DNA from: an uncultured Planctomycetaceae bacterium
GTDB lineage: Bacteria; Planctomycetota; Planctomycetia; Isosphaerales; Isosphaeraceae
NCBI GenBank assembly: GCA_963833985.1
Contig: CAWIAD010000001.1
Location: 1,664,001 to 1,728,000, forward strand
Direction: 5' to 3'
DNA: 64,000 nt
Notes under the pieces: model-generated
Told to the model about the DNA's origin: nothing
Seen by the model: only the letters and a program-made list of their open reading frames with translations
Databases searched by the model: none
Translations under genes and position numbers: made by a program
Part shown: piece after piece, positions 1-12,715 of the stretch
How the letters are laid out: each line of letters begins with the position of its first letter
Position numbering within the stretch: the first letter of the stretch is position 1

Positions 1-2
1 GC

Positions 3-518
3 GGGCTCTACCGCTATAACATCCACGACCTGGTGCGCTGCGTGGGCTTCCATGGCCGTGCGCCACTGCTGGAGTTCCTCAACAAGGGGTCGCACTTCTC
101 CAGCCTCAACGGCGAGAAGCTCTCGGAGCACCAGGTCATCGCCGCGGTGGAGGAAGCCCAGCGGGTCACCGCCCAGCGGTTGCGGTCTTACCTGCTGTTG
201 CCGGCGTGGAGCGAGCCACCCTATTACTGTTTGCTGGTCGAGAGTGCCGACCTGGCGGACCCGGCTGCTCCGGCAAAACTCGCCCAGGCCGTGGACGAGC
301 AGTTGCGCACGCAGAACATCGAATACGCCAACCGGCGCGACACCCGCAGACTTGACCCAGTCCGCACCATCCGACTGCCAGACGGATCCTGGCTGGAATT
401 CCAGAGGCGCCGGTTAGCGCGAAGCGGGGGAACCGTCGAACAGTATAAGCAACCGCACCTGATCCCCGACCTCGACGCGATCCACACGTTCGAGCATTGC
501 GAACCTTCGGGCTCGTGA
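3..518 (+). CDS. GH3 family acyl-adenylate/amido synthetase, C-terminal part (truncated by window start)
   Basis: Frame from base 3 reads GLYRYNIHDLVRCVGFHGRAP...LNGEKLSEHQV and ends with a QYKQPHL motif, typical of GH3 proteins. Confidence 0.85.
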   Translation, partial: GLYRYNIHDLVRCVGFHGRAPLLEFLNKGSHFSSLNGEKLSEHQVIAAVEEAQRVTAQRLRSYLLLPAWSEPPYYCLLVESADLADPAAPAKLAQAVDEQLRTQNIEYANRRDTRRLDPVRTIRLPDGSWLEFQRRRLARSGGTVEQYKQPHLIPDLDAIHTFEHCEPSGS

Positions 519-861
519 ACGTGGCGACGCAAGCGGGTCAGGCTTGCCAGGCTCGCCTCGGCGACGTGGCAGAAGGGAGCCAGCCCTGCCGGCACACGAG
601 CCGGGCAGATGCCTTGACCAGGTTCCACTTGCGGTGATCGGCGTGTTGTGGTAACCGGGCGATCGCGGGAGTGTCGCGACCAGTCCACGTGATGGCCCAC
701 TCTGCTTGCTTGGGCCGTTGCTTGCAAGTCGTGGCGGCTTCTCTCCCGGTGCTGACCTGCCTGGCCGCGGAAGAGGCTCGCGGTAGGCGGGGAAAGGCCA
801 CGGCGTGAGGCCCACCCGGTCGGCTGACCGGTGTATCCCCAGTGAGGGGGAACCCATCTCC

Positions 862-2223
862 ATGAAAACGGCGACAGAACTCAGCAATCGCACAGCATGC
901 TGCCGACGAATGATCGCGCTCGGGCTGTCGATGTTGCCCCTGGGCCTGGTCGCCGGCTGTGCCGGCTGGAGCAGCCTGGGCCAGGCCGGAACCAGCCTCT
1001 CCAGCGCCTTGTGGAAGCGGTCTGGACCGGCGACCACGACGCCGGGATATGACCTCTATGCCGATACGGGCACGGCCGCACGGGCCCAGCTCGAAAGCGA
1101 CGAGCAGCTTGCCGACAACCAGGCAAAATCGCGCCGTACACAAGCGGTCGCCGAGGATCCCGCCGCCGACCTGGTGGCCCAGCGCGAGTCCGAACAGGAA
1201 AAAGCCGCCACGACCCGGAGGAACCGTGCACGTACGGGCGACACCAGCATCCGGGTGACGCTGGGACGGCCGGAAAGCTTGCCCACGCTGAAGGATCCCG
1301 TCGACACCGCCGGGCCGATGCTCGCATCCACCTCCACGGGCAACTGGAAACGTGGCGCGTCCGGGTCGGGCGAGCGAGCCGCCAGACCTGCCCGGCCTGC
1401 ACCGCCGCGCGCAGCCGGCGAGGCTCGCGAGCGTGTCGATCTCGCTGCGGCACAACGCTCGACCGACCGGGAACGGCAGCTCCAGGAAGTTTTGACCACG
1501 GCCCGGGAGCGGCTCGATGCGCTCTCCACTTACCGCGTGAACATCACGCGGGTGGAACGCGTCGGCGCAACACTCCAACCCGAAGAAGACGTGGTCCTGA
1601 ACATCCGCCGCAAGCCCAAGGCGGTCCTCCTGCAATGGACCAAGGGCCCAAGCCAGGGACGTGAGGTCATCTACTCGGCCGCGATCAACAACCGCATGAT
1701 GTACGTGAACTCCGGCAATTCCGCCTTGCCGATCCCGCGCATGACGCTGCCTGTGGATAGCCCGCTGGTTCTCAAGAGCAGCCGCCATCCGATCACCGAG
1801 GCTGGATTCGATACCATATTTGAGAACCTGTTCAAGTTCCTTGAGCCGAGGAATACACCCGACGCCGCGGACGGCAAGCTTGTCTACAAGGGCCTTGAGC
1901 GTCCTCCGGGGCTGAGCGAGCCTTGCCACCTGGTGGAACGGGTCACACCGAAGGGCGAGACCTGGAAGGTGTACCTGGACGACCGCACGTTCATGCCGGC
2001 CCTTGTCTCGGCGGCGAACACGAAGACCGGTGAACTGATTGAGCGCTACATCTACCGCGACCTGAATCCGAACCCCGCGGAACTGGCCGCCGCCGACACG
2101 TTCGATCCCGACAGGCGCTGGGGCGCTCCCAAAGGACTGCTCTCACGGCTCGCACGCGCGGCAGGCGCAGCCCCGGGCACGGCGGCCGCCCAGGCCGGTT
2201 CCCGCCAGACGACGACTCGCTGA
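862..2223 (+). CDS. DUF1571-domain lipoprotein
   Basis: Lipobox-like LVAGC after a hydrophobic stretch; C-terminal RxERVG..LQPEE..RRKPKAV..GREVIY..SRHPITEAG motifs. Confidence 0.8.
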   Translation: MKTATELSNRTACCRRMIALGLSMLPLGLVAGCAGWSSLGQAGTSLSSALWKRSGPATTTPGYDLYADTGTAARAQLESDEQLADNQAKSRRTQAVAEDPAADLVAQRESEQEKAATTRRNRARTGDTSIRVTLGRPESLPTLKDPVDTAGPMLASTSTGNWKRGASGSGERAARPARPAPPRAAGEARERVDLAAAQRSTDRERQLQEVLTTARERLDALSTYRVNITRVERVGATLQPEEDVVLNIRRKPKAVLLQWTKGPSQGREVIYSAAINNRMMYVNSGNSALPIPRMTLPVDSPLVLKSSRHPITEAGFDTIFENLFKFLEPRNTPDAADGKLVYKGLERPPGLSEPCHLVERVTPKGETWKVYLDDRTFMPALVSAANTKTGELIERYIYRDLNPNPAELAAADTFDPDRRWGAPKGLLSRLARAAGAAPGTAAAQAGSRQTTTR

Positions 2224-2513
2224 CTGCCAATGTGACGCGAAAGCGTGCAGTGCACCGGGTGGGCCAGCGTCGAAACCGATCTCGATGTTTCGCTTTAACA
2301 ACAAACCTAGCAATGAGATGCTACGATTGATACGAGTGGTAAGCAAGCTGCGATAAAGTTCGGCCCAAGGGTTGCATGCCAGCTTCTTTGTACGAGTCAA
2401 TAAAGCGATCCGTGAAATGAGCAGTTTTGCCGTGGCGGGTCGTGTCAGCCCCGCACAGGATGGTCCTGCCCCGGATCGCTGAACCTGATCGACCAGGTGT
2501 GAGTGTGCCTGCC

Positions 2514-2897
2514 ATGCCTGAGCTTCAGCCATACTCCATTCTCATCACCGACGACGACCCGGCCGCGCGTGAGACGCTGCGCGACGTCTTCGAGCCGGAA
2601 GGCTTTCGCACGCTCCTTGCCGAGAGTGGAGAGGAAGCGATCGATATCGTCCAGGACCACGAGGTTCATCTCGCGCTCATGGACATGCACCTGCCGCGTC
2701 TCTCCGGTCTTGAGACCATCGCCATCGTCCGCCAGATCAAGGGCGTGATTCCCGCCATCCTGATCTCCGCCGACCTTGACGACAACTTGCTGCGGCGCGC
2801 CCTGTCCGAGCATGCCTTCTGTGTCCTGGCCAAGCCGGTGAGCAAGAGCGTGGTGATCTACGTGGTAACCAAGGCGCTTCAGAAGTATTACAATTGA
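2514..2897 (+). CDS. Stand-alone response regulator receiver protein
   Basis: ILITDDD, LMDMHLPRLSG (phospho-acceptor Asp) and KP motifs; no output domain. Confidence 0.9.
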   Translation: MPELQPYSILITDDDPAARETLRDVFEPEGFRTLLAESGEEAIDIVQDHEVHLALMDMHLPRLSGLETIAIVRQIKGVIPAILISADLDDNLLRRALSEHAFCVLAKPVSKSVVIYVVTKALQKYYN

Positions 2898-2946
2898 GCT
2901 TCCGACCCCCCTGGCCCCAGACCCGCCGCCAGCGGCTCGCCTTGCC

Positions 2947-4314
2947 GTGATCATGGTGCTGATGTCTGGCGGTGTCTGCCCTCGGGCGTGGCCCCACGAC
3001 ATCCCGAACCAGCGGGTGGACCGATCGACCCAGGTGACTGTTCGCCCTGGTGTCCTGGAGATCGATTACGAGGTGAGCCTCACGGAGCTCACGCTCACGC
3101 AGGACCTGCGCACCCTGATCGGGCCCATGCCGGGCGCCGAACGCTCGCAGTGGCTGGCTCGTTACGGCCAGGTGACCGGTCCGCTCGACGCCAAGGGTTT
3201 CCTGGTCCGCTGTGCTGGTGAGCCGCTCGATCTGTCCGTGCGCGGGTACGACCTCGTCGTCGAGGAGCATCCGCGATACACCTTTCACTTCCAGGCAAGC
3301 CTGCCCCGGCGCGGCCGGCTGTCTGTGCACGACACCAACTACGCCTCGAGCGAGGGAACCAGCCGGCTCGCGGTTCGCGGCCGTGACGGCGTGCGGATTC
3401 ATGGCGATGCACTGCCGGAGAACGTGGAGGAGATTGCCATTCAGCCCCTCTGGCAGCTGGGCGACGAGGAGGAGCGCAGAACGCGGCAGGTGCAGGTCCG
3501 GTTCGAAGCGACCGGGAACGACGACTCCGGATCGCCTGCGGCCGTGGCCGCGCCGGTCGTTACTCCTCTGGAGGAAGACGCCAGTACCCCCACCAGTGTC
3601 GAGAGCGGGCAAGCGCCTGTCGGTTCCAGCTGGTCTTCCCGGCTCCCGCTGCTGCTGGACGGAGCGACCCGCCAGTCCTGGATCAGCCTGCTGCTCGTGG
3701 CCGCGGGTCTGGGTGCGCTGCATTCGCTGCAACCCGGCCACGGCAAGACCCTGGTCTCGGCGGTGAGCCTCCAGCCGCAGGCGTACTGGTATCAACCCGC
3801 GCTCCTGGGACTGGTGACGACCATGGCTCACACGGGAAGCGTGCTGGTGATTGCCGCGGTCCTCTGGGTGACCGGTGCCTCGCGGGTTGCCGCGCTGCAC
3901 CGGCAGCTCATGCAAATCGCCGGGTTCGTGATAGCGGCCGGCGGGTTCTGGAGAATCGGACGCCATCTGGGTGGCTGGGAAGATCATCACGGCCAGGACT
4001 CGCGTGTCGGGGGCCCGATCTCTGCGATGAGCCTGGTGGCGCTCGGGCTGGCCGGCGGGATGGTACCTTGCTGGGATGCCGTCGGGCTGCTGGTGCTCTC
4101 CGCGGCGATCGGCCGGCTGGCCGCCGGCGTTGCCCTGGTGGTGGCGTTTGGCGCAGGCATGGCCGTGGTGCTCGTGGGCGCGGGGCTGCTGGCCTCCCGG
4201 CTGAAATCGACGTTGCTCTCCGCCAGGTCGTGGTCGTGGTCGTGGGAGCCGGCGCTCGGACTCCTGAGCGGCCTGATCCTGGCGGCGATTGGCCTTCTGT
4301 TCTTTCTGGCGTGA
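2947..4314 (+). CDS. RcnA/NicO-type Ni/Co transporter with an N-terminal extracytoplasmic domain
   Basis: HSLQPGHGKT, TTMAHTGSV and GMVPCWDA motifs; about six TM helices in the C-terminal half. Confidence 0.8.
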   Translation: MIMVLMSGGVCPRAWPHDIPNQRVDRSTQVTVRPGVLEIDYEVSLTELTLTQDLRTLIGPMPGAERSQWLARYGQVTGPLDAKGFLVRCAGEPLDLSVRGYDLVVEEHPRYTFHFQASLPRRGRLSVHDTNYASSEGTSRLAVRGRDGVRIHGDALPENVEEIAIQPLWQLGDEEERRTRQVQVRFEATGNDDSGSPAAVAAPVVTPLEEDASTPTSVESGQAPVGSSWSSRLPLLLDGATRQSWISLLLVAAGLGALHSLQPGHGKTLVSAVSLQPQAYWYQPALLGLVTTMAHTGSVLVIAAVLWVTGASRVAALHRQLMQIAGFVIAAGGFWRIGRHLGGWEDHHGQDSRVGGPISAMSLVALGLAGGMVPCWDAVGLLVLSAAIGRLAAGVALVVAFGAGMAVVLVGAGLLASRLKSTLLSARSWSWSWEPALGLLSGLILAAIGLLFFLA

Positions 4315-4427
4315 GCTTTGAACGAACGGTTCAACTAATGCCGCGGCTCACGTTCACGCTGGAGTCACGTGCTGGCAAGATGCGCTCAAGGATGGAGGAT
4401 TCGCGATTGAAGATCCTGTCAAAGGTG

Positions 4428-5643
4428 ATGCCGTCGGTGCCAACCCTGGCTGGCTCGTCGCCCCGTATCCGGCGGATTGATCTGCTGGGCGTCCACGTGC
4501 CGCTCAAGAAAGTGGTCAAGCACGCCTCGCACAGCCGCAGCGACAGCGAGAACCTGGTGGTGCGGGTGGAGTTGGCCGGGGGGCAAGAGGGCTATGGCGA
4601 GGGTGTTCCTCGCAGCTACGTGACCGGCGAGACCATCGAATCCACGTTCGCCACGCTGAGCGGCCAGGACTGGGCGCGCAGGATCGGCCGCCCTGGGAAT
4701 TTCGCCGAGGTTGTGGACCGCCTGAAGACGCTGACGGTTCCTGAGAACGATGCCGATTCCCGCGGCATGGCCGGCAACGCGGCGCACTGCGCACTGGAGC
4801 TGGCGGTGCTGGACGCCTATGGACGCCACTTTGGCGAGCCCGTGGGACGCGCCGTGGAACTGGCCGATGTGCCCGGCCTGGTTTCCTTCCCCAGACCCCG
4901 GAAAGTCCGCTACGGCACGGCGATCACGGCCGATACGCGGTTTCAGGAGCTGCGCTCGGCATTCAAGTTTTATGTCTACGCTTTTGGCAACGTGAAGGCG
5001 AAGGTCGGTGTGGCGGGGCAGGATGACGTCAGGCGAGTGCGCTGGTTTCGCTGGATGCTGGGTCCGAAAGTGGACCTCGTGCTGGACGCCAACGAGGCCT
5101 GGAGCGCCGAGGAACTGCTGGAGCGGGTGCGGCCGCTGGCGCGGTACTCCATCGAGGCCATCGAGCAGCCCGTGCCGCATGCCGAGGTCCAGAAGCTCGC
5201 CGCGCTGCGACGCCGGCTCGGTGTGCCCGTCATGCTCGACGAATCGCTCTGCGGCTATCCGGACGCGGTCGCCGCGGTGCGAGAAGGCACAGCCGACCTG
5301 TTCAACGTCCGGTTGTCGAAGTGCGGAGGCATCCTTCCCAGTCTGCGGATCATCGGCCTGGCCCGGCGACTCCGGGCTGGGCGTGCAGCTTGGCTGCCAT
5401 CCCGGAGAGACGGCCATCCTCTCCGCCGCGGGCCGGCAAGTGGCCAGCCGCGTCAGCGGCCTGCGCTGGGTCGAAGGTTCGTATGACCGGCACATCCTAC
5501 GCAGCAACGTCACCCGCGAAGACCTGACCTTCGGCTACGGAGGCTATGCCTCGCCGCTCACGGGTCCCGGTCTTGGCGTCTCCATAGACACCCCGGCGCT
5601 GGAGCGGATGGTCACCAAGCGACATGAGATGATCTATGACTGA
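4428..5643 (+). CDS. Enolase superfamily enzyme (MLE / dipeptide-epimerase-like); frameshift near 5370
   Basis: KxK, DANEA, IEQP, LDES and SKCGG motifs in one frame; GCHPGE..GPGLG continues in another frame after one extra base; start uncertain (4392 or 4428). Confidence 0.8.
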
Positions 5644-6505
5644 AGCATGCATGGAATCGACATGGCAGTCCCGGACCTTTCAGGCCTCCGACGGCTACCC
5701 GTTCCACGTGGCGGTCTGGCCCCCGACGATTCCAGCTTGTGGAAGGATCGTGGTCCTCCATGGAGTGCAGAGCCACTCCGGCTGGTACCATTCCCTGGGC
5801 CGCAGCTTGGCGGCCGCGGGCTACCATGCCTCGTTTCCCGACCGCCGCGGTTCCGGACCGAACCAGCGCGATCGCGGCCATGCGCCGGGCGGAAGGCGGC
5901 TGGTCCAGGACATCACCGAGTGGCTCCACTCTCTGCGTGCCGAGCAGGCCGAGGTACCGATCGTGCTGGCGGGCATCAGCTGGGGGGCGAAGCTGGCGCT
6001 CATCGTGGCGGCCCGCCATCCCGAGCTGGTCGACGGCATGGCTCTGGTTTGCCCGGGGCTGACGCCGCGGGTGGGCGTCTCCACGCGAGAGAAGTTTCAG
6101 ATCGCCTGGTCGCTGCTGACCAATCGCCGCAAGCTGTTTCCGATTCCACTGTCCGACCCCGCCCTGTTCACGGCCAATCCCGATGCCCAGGCATTCATCG
6201 CGTCCGACCCTCTGAGCTTGCGCCAGGGCACCGCGGGGCTGCTTGCGGCCAGCTTCTTCATTGACAGGCAGCTCAGGCGGGTGACCCGGCGGGTGTCACA
6301 GCCGGCACTGCTGATGCTGGCCGGGCACGACCGCATCGTCGATAACGCACGCACGCTGGAGTACTTTCAGAAACTGGCAGCACACGACCGGCAGGTCATC
6401 GAGTATCCCGAGGGCCACCACACCCTGGAATTCGACCCTGATCCCACGCGCTACGCGCGCGACCTCATCTCGTGGGCAACCGAGCACGTCCCGCGACGCC
6501 GGTAA
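5636..6505 (+). CDS. Alpha/beta hydrolase (lysophospholipase / Hydrolase_4-like)
   Basis: LHGVQSH, DRRGSG, GISWG nucleophile elbow, D and HH catalytic positions. Confidence 0.88.
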   Translation: MTEACMESTWQSRTFQASDGYPFHVAVWPPTIPACGRIVVLHGVQSHSGWYHSLGRSLAAAGYHASFPDRRGSGPNQRDRGHAPGGRRLVQDITEWLHSLRAEQAEVPIVLAGISWGAKLALIVAARHPELVDGMALVCPGLTPRVGVSTREKFQIAWSLLTNRRKLFPIPLSDPALFTANPDAQAFIASDPLSLRQGTAGLLAASFFIDRQLRRVTRRVSQPALLMLAGHDRIVDNARTLEYFQKLAAHDRQVIEYPEGHHTLEFDPDPTRYARDLISWATEHVPRRR

Positions 6506-6546
6506 CCGGATGGAGCAGGAACCCGCGTGGCGCTCCGAGGCCGAGC

Positions 6547-7266
6547 TTACGACTTCGGTGTCGGCTGTTCCGCCGCTGGCCCCGTCTTTCGTGACACGCT
6601 GGCAGCCGGTTGCGGGCGGTTCCTGGACATCCTGGCGGACGCCGGGCGACTGGTCTTCGGCGCCGCGGCTGGCTTCTTGCCGTCTGTCTCCAGTGAAAGC
6701 GCCACCGAGTTCATGCAATAGCGCAGGCCCGTGGGTGGCGGGCCGTCCTGGAAGACGTGCCCGAGATGGGCCCCACAGCGTTTGCACATGACCTCGACAC
6801 GGGCTTCGGCGGGGTCGCTGTAATCCCAGGCGGTGACCACGGCCTTGTTGCTGACCGGACGCCAGAAGCTGGGCCACCCGGTACCCGAGTCGAACTTGTG
6901 CCGCGCGTCGAACAGCTTGGCCCCGCAGCAGACGCAGACGAAGGTTCCCTTGAAATGTCCGGTGGAGTACTTGCCCGAGAATGGCTGCTCGGTGTCCTTC
7001 ATCCGGGTGACCATGAACTGCTGCGGCGTGAGCAGCCTCTGCCATTCCTGGAGGCTTCGAACGACCTGCTCGGGCTCCTGCTTGCCGTCCGCGGCGAGTG
7101 ACTTGGAAGCGTCGGTCCTGGCGGCCGGGTCCCTGGCCGGGGCGCCCGTCTGCGGGGGCACACGGAAGGGATCGGAGCCCTGGGCCAGGGCTTCTCCGGC
7201 GCCCAGGATGCAGGTACTGGCCGCGAACAGCAGTACGGAGCGAACACGGAGCGATCGTCTCATCAT
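6547..7266 (-). CDS. msrB: Peptide-methionine (R)-S-oxide reductase with signal peptide
   Basis: TEQPFSG, KFDSGTGWPSF, HLGHVFQDGPPPTGLRYCMNS; two CxxC Zn-ligand pairs. Confidence 0.95.
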   Translation of the reverse strand: MMRRSLRVRSVLLFAASTCILGAGEALAQGSDPFRVPPQTGAPARDPAARTDASKSLAADGKQEPEQVVRSLQEWQRLLTPQQFMVTRMKDTEQPFSGKYSTGHFKGTFVCVCCGAKLFDARHKFDSGTGWPSFWRPVSNKAVVTAWDYSDPAEARVEVMCKRCGAHLGHVFQDGPPPTGLRYCMNSVALSLETDGKKPAAAPKTSRPASARMSRNRPQPAASVSRKTGPAAEQPTPKS

Positions 7267-7328
7267 TCCGGCTCCTGCAAGGAGGGTCCTGTCACCGACA
7301 TCAACACGAATCTGCATCTGACGAACGA

Positions 7329-8798
7329 TCACCTGGCTGCGGGCTTGTCGTTCTGATCTTTCTGAGCTGGAAGGCGGAACTCGCTCCTGGTGGCCTTGAA
7401 GGCACTCTCGAGCAGGCTCTCGGTCGCGGCAGGGGGGAAGCCCTCCACGACGGCCACGTCGCTGCCGCGCCGTTCCACGACCCGGCAGACGTTGTCGGTA
7501 CAGCGCCAGAGCGAGTCGGGAATCCGCTCCGGCTGGAATGCGGTCTTGCCCATCCGCCGGGTCTGGTAGCGGGTGTAGGACTCGGCGAACTCCCGGGCGT
7601 CTGCCTCACTGTCCCAGGTGGAAAGCCAGACCAGGCCGAGCTTCTTCTCGGGCGTCTCGAATACCGCGTAGCGATCACCGTCCCAGCCGGCGGCGGCCTT
7701 CGCGCCGGAGCGGCCCAGCAGCACCGAAGTCTGAAGCTCACCGAGCACGTTCCGTCCCAGCTCTTTCCAGGGCGCGCCGGGCGTCAGCTTGCCCAGGTCC
7801 AGTATCATGGGCAGATCCAGCTTGGCCAGGTACTTCTCGGGATGGATGATCTGCTCGGTGGAGACAGGGGGACGGCGATACGCCTCGTCCACGGATTTCC
7901 AACCGCCCCGGTTCGCCAGTGTGGCGCAGAAGACCATGCCGCGGAGGTAGGGGAAGATCATGCTCTCGGCGACGATCGGCGGCGCGGTCCGCATGGTCTT
8001 GCCCCCGCCGATGATCGACAGGAACGGGCTCATCAGGCTCAGGCCGCGGTCGAGGTCGGCGGCGGGCATCTGGACGATCTTGGAGCCGTCCCAGTCGTCC
8101 ATGCCCGCTCCCATCATGGCCAGGGTCGCCTCGCCCTCGATGAGCGCCGAGACCGCCAGCGCACGGTCATCGTCGTGCTTGGCGTCGTCCTGGAGCCGCT
8201 CCAGATCGTAGTGCTGGTCCGCAAGGGCGTGGGTCAGCTCATGGGCGATCACGGTCTTGTTCTCGTCCTTGTCGAATCCCTCGTGCTTGCCGAAGAGCCG
8301 CTCCAGAAGTGTGGGCTTTTCCTTGGTCTTCGACTCAGGCTCCTCGATCAGGTGCATCGTCTCGGTCTTGGGGTCGTAGAACGCGGCGATCTCCTCGGAG
8401 TAGACCTGTACCATGAGCGCTTTCAGGTCGAGCGAGCGCGGGATCAGGCCGAACGCCTTCATGGCCATCTCGTTGGCGTAGAACTCCTCGGGCGTCTGAT
8501 CCTCCTCGAATTCCTTGATGAGCATGGCCTTGAGCTGATCGCGCTTGGTGACGTCCCGCTTCACCTCGTGCTTGAACGGGATCTTGCGGAGCCGCGGCAA
8601 GAGCTGCTCGAAGGCGCTCTTGTAGCGCATGACTGCCTCGGCCGGCTTGCCGGCGTCGGCCAGCCGGTCACCCTCCGCCAGCAGCTTCGTCCCTATCTTC
8701 AAGGCGGCGTCAACCTCATCGCACCGCCCTGCCGTCACCGCCGTTGCCAGCCAGGTGATCGTCGCCAACAACGGGGCCAGGCATTGCACCAAACGCAT
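7329..8798 (-). CDS. Putative secreted zinc metallopeptidase (HExxH)
   Basis: Signal peptide; AAFYDP, AHELTHALADQH, LIEGEAT, FPYLRG, PPVSTEQIIHPEKY, GWDGDR motifs. Confidence 0.7.
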   Translation of the reverse strand: MRLVQCLAPLLATITWLATAVTAGRCDEVDAALKIGTKLLAEGDRLADAGKPAEAVMRYKSAFEQLLPRLRKIPFKHEVKRDVTKRDQLKAMLIKEFEEDQTPEEFYANEMAMKAFGLIPRSLDLKALMVQVYSEEIAAFYDPKTETMHLIEEPESKTKEKPTLLERLFGKHEGFDKDENKTVIAHELTHALADQHYDLERLQDDAKHDDDRALAVSALIEGEATLAMMGAGMDDWDGSKIVQMPAADLDRGLSLMSPFLSIIGGGKTMRTAPPIVAESMIFPYLRGMVFCATLANRGGWKSVDEAYRRPPVSTEQIIHPEKYLAKLDLPMILDLGKLTPGAPWKELGRNVLGELQTSVLLGRSGAKAAAGWDGDRYAVFETPEKKLGLVWLSTWDSEADAREFAESYTRYQTRRMGKTAFQPERIPDSLWRCTDNVCRVVERRGSDVAVVEGFPPAATESLLESAFKATRSEFRLPAQKDQNDKPAAR

Positions 8799-8875
8799 GA
8801 ATTCATCCCGATTCAAAAGTCCAGAGAAAAAAGGGGCGGCCGAAAGAGGGAACCGACCCGCGCGGTGAACCGTGC

Positions 8876-10188
8876 TCACCGGGCCCGATTGAGTCCTGGC
8901 GGCATGGCGGCCGCGGTGGATCCGGACGGCCGCACGCGCTGCGCGGGAAGTGCCTTGGACGCCACGGCGTTGTCCTTCACCAGCTTGATATTCAGAAGCT
9001 GTCTGGCCGCATCCACACGCACCTCGGAGGAGTCTCGCGGGCCGTTGCGGGAATTCACCGTGTGATAGTGAATCTCGTTGGCGATGAAGTCGAGAATGCC
9101 CGCCTCGGGTATGCCGTAGCGGCGCAGCAGCCGCACCTTGCCTTCACGTGTCATCTTGCCGCCGAAGTGGGACAGCAGATACTTGGCCTTGGAACGGAGG
9201 TCGTCGCTGTAGTTCCGGCCGTAGCGGTTGCACAGGCTTTCGATCTCCAGCGAAGCGGATCGCCCGCCGAGCCTGATCGCCTCGCGCAGCTCGCGGTGGA
9301 AAGCCGCCCGCTCGTCCTCGACGCGCGCCTGGGCCTGCGCATCGAGTGCCTCGCGGGCGTGGTCCTTGATGCTCCGGAGCTGGCTCAGCTCGGCTTTCTT
9401 GCCGGCCGCCTCGGCCTGGATGTCGCGGATGAGCTCCTCACGCGTTGGTTCCTGCCTGAGATCCGGCGTCATCTCTCCGCCGGCCGGTTCGCTACCCGCG
9501 ACGGCCTCCGCGCTTTCCGCGATCCCGGTCAGCGGCGCCCGCGAAACCGGCAGCTCGTCGAATGGACTTGCATCGGAGGCAGGAATGGAGAAGCCGACCG
9601 TCACCGCCGGCCTGGCGGCTGGCCGGCTCGTGGTCGCGGCCACGAGTTCCGTCTTGCCGGGCTCCGCCGCCGGGGCTGGCCCGGCAGTCGCTGGAAGGGA
9701 GGAGGAGGATGCGGCCGTTCCGGGATTCACCGCGGATTCCAGGGCCGCTGCTGGTGAGCCGGCCGGTTTCCCGGCGGATGCCAGCGCGGCAGGAAGCCCG
9801 GTGCCAGGCGTGTCGAGCGACAGGAAGTCCGCCGATCTTGGCAGTGAGTTGAGGGCCAGCGGCATGCCACCGTCCGTGGGCTTGCTCGCGCCCGGGTTTC
9901 CGGCGGTCGAAACGACCAGGGCGGTTTCCACCGGCGTGGCCTCCACCTGGCTGGCCGCCGCCGGCCTGGAGACGACGGGCGGAGGCAGCGCGCGACGGGC
10001 CCGGGCGGTGCCCCGGTAATACATCGCCAGCGACCCCAGGGGGACCAGGACAACCACCGGCAAGACCAGGTACCAGGGAATGCCGCGCGAGCGGTAGTGG
10101 ATCACGACGACCGGCTGTGTCGGCGGCGGCGATTCGATCACCTCCTCGAGATGAGCGGTCTCCAGGTTGATCTCCTCGTTCTCCTCGA

Positions 10189-10192
<4 letters not shown>
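8876..10192 (-). CDS. Hypothetical membrane-anchored protein
   Basis: 438-aa ORF overlapping the fumC stop; one TM helix, Pro/Ala-rich linker, helical C-terminal domain. Confidence 0.7.
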
Positions 10193-11727
<1,535 letters not shown>

Positions 11728-11911
11728 GAGCGCTGCCTCCCTGGGTTCACGAGGCCGAAAGCCAGCGACCGGCATTCGACGCATGGCACGCACGCCGGCT
11801 CGCATCCGCCGGCCCCGGAAATGCGGCAATTCCCGGGCCAGACCCACGCGCCTGGCGGCCGGAGCGGGACACGGGCCGTGTGCGGCAGCCCGGAGGACCG
11901 AGCCGGCGCGG

Positions 11912-12715
11912 TCAGTTCAGGGCCGGCAATGCCGGCGGAGCGGGCTCGGGCGCCGGCAGGGCCGCCCCCACCTCTTCGCCCTCCGCCAGGTGCGGCAGCG
12001 GCCATTCCTCGAGCCGGACCTGGCCGCCCTGCACGACGACGAAAGGGCAGGGGGGCGACTCGATCCAGCTGCCGCTGTTGAGATAGAGAACGCCCTCGTG
12101 TTCGGCGGCCAGCGGCAGATGGGTATGGCCGCAGGTCACGTACTGGAAGCCCCGGCCGGCGGCGTATTCCGAGGCGCGCCGCATGATCAGCTCGCTGTTC
12201 CGCTGAAACCGCTTGGTGATCCTGCGAATCCACCGTGCCGCGCGGTGCGGCATGGACTTCTGGATGAAATAGAAGATCCCGCAGGCAATCTCCGTCAGCC
12301 AGGGATAGTCGGTGATGATCGTGTCAAACTGGTCGCCGTGGAGGATCAGCAGCCGGACCTCGCCGTTATCATAGACGTATTCATCGAGGATATCAACGCC
12401 CACGATATGGCTGATCGTATCGGCCGGGCCGTCATGGTTGCCGCGCACCCAGACCAGGCGAATATCGTCGCGGTCGGTGTTGCGGCGGATGACCTTCAGG
12501 CAGGCGAAATGGCGCTTCGTGAGCCGCTTGAAATTGAGGTCGTCGAAGATGTCGCCGTTGATGACCAGCTCGCGGCAATGGTCGACGGCCCAGGTGAGGA
12601 ATTCCTCGAGCAGTCTGGCCTGGCAGACGTCGCTGCCCAGGTGCAGATCGCTGATCACGATGCAGTCGTACCTCCGGCTCTCGTCGTAGCCGTTGGCGTT
12701 CGCAGCGGTCTCCAT
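11912..12715 (-). CDS. Calcineurin-like metallophosphoesterase (LpxH-like)
   Basis: SDLHLG, GDIFD, GNHD, HGD, CGHTH and NSGSW motifs. Confidence 0.88.
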   Translation of the reverse strand: METAANANGYDESRRYDCIVISDLHLGSDVCQARLLEEFLTWAVDHCRELVINGDIFDDLNFKRLTKRHFACLKVIRRNTDRDDIRLVWVRGNHDGPADTISHIVGVDILDEYVYDNGEVRLLILHGDQFDTIITDYPWLTEIACGIFYFIQKSMPHRAARWIRRITKRFQRNSELIMRRASEYAAGRGFQYVTCGHTHLPLAAEHEGVLYLNSGSWIESPPCPFVVVQGGQVRLEEWPLPHLAEGEEVGAALPAPEPAPPALPALN

